A stretch of DNA of 37,026 bases. Source: Trypethelium eluteriae (lineage: Eukaryota). The position numbers were made by a program, and so were the translations under genes. Location of the stretch: positions 1 through 37,026 of the forward strand of contig JAVECL010000197.1 in the NCBI GenBank assembly GCA_051942245.1. Direction: 5' to 3'. This document shows positions 33,601 through 37,026 of the stretch, piece after piece; positions within the stretch are counted from its first letter, which is position 1, and each line of letters starts with the position of its first letter. The notes under the pieces were generated by a model. That model worked only from the letters and a program-made list of their open reading frames with translations. It ran no database searches and was not told where the DNA came from.

Positions 33601-34201
33601 TCACGAGGCCTTTTATGCGTACCTCTTGCCGATATGGGACCATGTCTTGAAACATCGAAGCGGGGCATTTGAAAATCGGAATACGGTCAGCCTAAAAACC
33701 TTGGGAAACTCACTTGAGCGCAACCGCAAGATACTCGAGGCGTCTGCTCAGCAGAAAGACCTTCGCAAGCTCTATGGTAAGAAGTTATTTAAATGCCCAA
33801 AGCTGACCTGCTATTACTTTCACGAAGGCTTCGCAGACGCAAAATCTCGGGACCAGCATTTGAAGAAGCACGAACGGCCCTTCATATGTCAGATCCCAGA
33901 TTGTAGCTATGCTGAATTCGGTTTTGTAACAAACAAGGACCTAGACAAACACATGCGGACCTTCCACGAGGAGGAATGTGATCCAGAGGAGTCGTTCTCA
34001 TCGTCCAGCAAGAAGACCACAGAAAAGACCCGATACATATGTGAGGTGTGCTCAGCAAAGTTCACGAGAAATATCAACCTAAGAAGCCACCAGAGGGCTC
34101 ATAAAGGGGAGAGGCCATTTCCGTGTCCACAGTGTGGTAAAGCTTTTACGAGACTGAGTGATCGCAAGAGGCATGAAAAGATCCATGACCGTCATCGATG
34201 A
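30678..34201 (+). CDS. NACHT/STAND NTPase (NLR-like) with helical N-terminal domain and four C-terminal C2H2 zinc fingers, ~948 aa; exons 30678-30959, 31319-31511, 31564-32016, 32070-32651, 32706-32817, 32925-33188, 33241-34201
   Basis: N-domain with IWGPLKFLLQ and FTDILEFH; PGSGNWIL; Walker A WLNGKPGAGKT; YFYC; Walker B YVIIDGLDEC; ADGMFLFA; YERIL, GWMICAKRPL, CGSLV, LVHSTAR; LCLQYL; then four C2H2 fingers with a KGERPF linker. Confidence 0.92.
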
Positions 34202-35137
34202 GGTGCTAGTCCAAGGCTGCCGTCCCGTAAGACATGTACAATTTGCCTTGTATGATCGACTTCTCACACCGTTTTTGTACTCTTTCAAGGCAGGCAGCTG
34301 CGAATAATCTTTGTCGTTCCAAGTTTCGTAGTATCGGATGGTCGTTATAAATAGGTCATGAATCTGCTTCTAAGTAACAGGTCTTGCAATTAATATTGCG
34401 ATATGTCAAGTATTTTCAGTCATAGACGCGACTGTGATTGGCCCCATCTGATCGGAGACTTGAAAATCTGAGATGAATTATCCAGAGGTTTAATGAAAAG
34501 AGGCGACGAGTTGCGTGACCGTGGGTTGCCTTGTTCTTCGGCTGGGTTGCCCCCGCAATGGCGCACGAGCCACCGACGTACACAGCTGCAAGCTCTCACG
34601 CACCGAATTTCCAGGGAAGCAATAGCTCCACCGAACTGGTTTCTGTGCCACGTCCGTCCTGCATCGTGCTACAGCGGAACTGCTTCGAGCTCGGCGAAAA
34701 AAAAAACACAAGTCGACTCACTTGCTGAATTTCTTCTTGGTTTCTTCCTACAAGCATTGATATGCCTCCTCACGACCCACCGCCATAAAAAGGACTACTG
34801 CACATTGCCACCGCTTGTTCCCGCTCGAGACTCCACGAATCGCATTCGGCCTGCGGGCCTTCCTGCGGGACCAGATACCAGTTCAGAGTCAGGCTGCTCA
34901 ACTCTGCTATACACAAGCACCTTTTCCGCCATCTTTCTCCTACCTTGCCGGCCACTTTCATACACTCAAAACGGCCTTGACCTTCGCTCGTTGTATTACT
35001 ACCATCGACGGAATTGAGCTTTCACGACGCTTACGACTCGAATTCTATGACGTCTACAAGAAGCATATCTCCTAGTCGTAAGGATTATATGAAGCACTAA
35101 CGGAGTTTTCGGTTCTTCAAAATCAATTTAGACAGAC

Positions 35138-37026
35138 ATGGGCGACACACAAGGTCTTGCTCCACCTGGGAGCAGTCAGTACTCTTCGAATACACTCCAC
35201 GTGGGTGATGGAACGTGGGATTCATCGAGGGATACCTTTCTTTTGCCCAACCTGGTGGGTCTCAATTTCGACACGATGCGCTACAATGGTGAGATAGACC
35301 ATCCCTAGCTCGTCGAGGATAGATTTAACACTTCCTCAGGCATGGGCAACCGCTTTCGTAGTGAACCTCAATACCACAGCATCATTACTGGTCATGCCGT
35401 TCTGGCAGCTATCACTTTCCTTGGTGTGGTGCCACTTGCCATACTCATCGCACGTTTTTACCATCGAAATCCTCGGTTAGCACTGAAGTTCCACATATGG
35501 CTGCAGATATTGACCGTCTTTCTGGTGACAATAATATTCACACTGGGATTCTTTGCCGTGGGACCGGCCAGAGCACTCACCAATCCACATCACGGTATCG
35601 GTCTGGCGATATATGTATTGGTTCTATTCCAGTTCCTTTACGGAGTTGTGATGCACCGAATCGAGAAGGGCAAGACCCGATACAAGATTCCAGTAAAAGT
35701 GGTACTGCACAAGTGGCTCGGCCGAACAATTGCGCTTCTGGGGATCATTCAAATTGCTCTCGGACTCACCCTTTATGGATCTCCGAAAGCACTCTTCATT
35801 CTCTACGCTTTTGCTGTCGCCATCCTCATATTCGTCTGGTTTGTCTTGAGCTATAGACAGATACCAAGCCTTGACGACTTCGATGATGGGTACTATGCTG
35901 ATCATCGCGCAGATTATCGCACTGACTATAGTCCCACGGAAGTGACTGAAAGTCGCATCAGCCATCAGCGGCCGCCTAGAGAGAGACATCATACTTTACG
36001 TAACATCGGCTTGATTGGCGGGGCAGCGGCTGGTCTTGAAGCTCTGAGAAGGCGGGTGTCTGATCGTGACCGGAACCGGCATCAAAGTCGAACGGAGGTT
36101 ATTAGCTCCCATCCTGGCTCTCGACCCCCTTCACGACCTCCGTCAAGGCCTCCGTTAAGACCACTGTCAAGACCGCCTTCGAGGCCAACGTCTCAACCTG
36201 GCGAAGCATCAGTAATTGACGAAAAGTACTCGGATGATTATAGCCCATCGCGGCCTCCGCGAGTATCGTGGAGAGACCGCATCCTAGGTGCTACTGCGGG
36301 TGTTGCAGGTGCAGAGGGGGTGCGAAGATGGTGGAATCGGCGGCGAGAAAGAGATGATGATTACGTCGATGACTATCGACCGCCTCTTGGAGGAGCGCAA
36401 AGCATCACCCAGACCGATCTGAGTAGAGTGGAAGCAGGGCATGCACCGGTGAGCCCCGCAAATGACCGCTGGCGAGAAATCGAACGGAGAGAAGCCGCGC
36501 AGCAGGCAGCAATGGGCACTGGAGCTCCAGTGACACCCTCACGACCACCAGTCTCAGGACCGGTCGGAGGACGTCTGCGACCACATGGGGGCAGCCAGGG
36601 AAGCGCCTCGACCTGGGACAGCCCAGAAGATGAATACTCTCATCAGGGTCCTGATCCAGCTGCTGATGGAAGCCCATCGAAGCGCCGTCGGTCCAGTGGT
36701 CATCGCATTCGGGATGCCATCGCAGGATTGGGCGTCGCGGCGCTGATTCGAGAAAGGTGGAAGGGCCGACGAGAACGGAAGGAGGAAGAGCGCATCGAAG
36801 AAATCCACAGGCTCGAAGAGGAAAATGAAGGCAGGAATCGTGTGAATGGGGGTCGCTACACTGGCGATAGCGCTACAGGGCCTTACAGAACACGACGAGG
36901 GAGAAGGGACAGCCTCACAGAGACCGAAGTCACTGCAAGCGGGCCTGCGCTTACGGGTAGCAATCCTGAGCTCTCGCGACTCTCACACTCCCGTCTCACG
37001 GGTGGTACGGGAGTGCCAAGTAGATC
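35138..37026 (+). CDS. Cytochrome b561-domain integral membrane protein with long Arg/Ser/Pro-rich tail; exons 35138-35288, 35340->37026 (runs off the window)
   Basis: MGDTQGLAPPGSSQYSSNTLHVGDGTWD...MRYNGMGNRF, then TM helices with four spaced His (GHAV, FHIW, PHHG, LHKW). Frame stays open to the window end. A likely 5'UTR intron lies at 35078-35131. Confidence 0.85.

Noticed and set aside
24162..34450. Starship or other autonomous mobile element carrying the SNF2-NACHT pair
   Set aside because: No tyrosine recombinase (captain) or transposase is present, and I found no matching right-hand terminus or target-site duplication.
34493..35075. 174 aa and 86 aa plus-strand ORFs upstream of the b561 gene
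   Set aside because: No recognisable motifs and they cross an A-run and pyrimidine-rich tracts; most likely promoter/5'UTR.

Overview
Genomic DNA of a filamentous ascomycete (Pezizomycotina), judged from short GT-AG introns with CTAAC/CTGAC branch sites and from the gene families; the species cannot be named from sequence alone. Conserved-looking genes: a TDG/MUG-family mismatch DNA glycosylase (partial), a conserved hypothetical starting with RYIPPHLRN, a small 3-exon hypothetical, an MFS transporter divergent from POB3 (FACT), a Zn(II)2Cys6 transcription factor and a cytochrome b561-domain membrane protein (partial). Accessory-looking material sits between them: two Ser/Thr-rich secreted or cell-wall proteins with internal repeats, a possibly disabled C2H2 gene, a mosaic of small inverted-repeat elements (0.96-1.9 kb) and a ~10 kb block at 24.6-34.2 kb. 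That block holds the best candidate for a new system. An intact 11-exon RING-containing SNF2 ATPase sits head-to-head with an intact 7-exon NACHT/STAND NTPase whose C-terminus is four C2H2 fingers, the last two Crz1-like. An unexplained CACAGCAAWTTTAGCG motif occurs 11 times, only in three intergenic regions, including the left flank of the pair and its shared promoter. All gene models were spliced by hand and are untested against RNA or databases.
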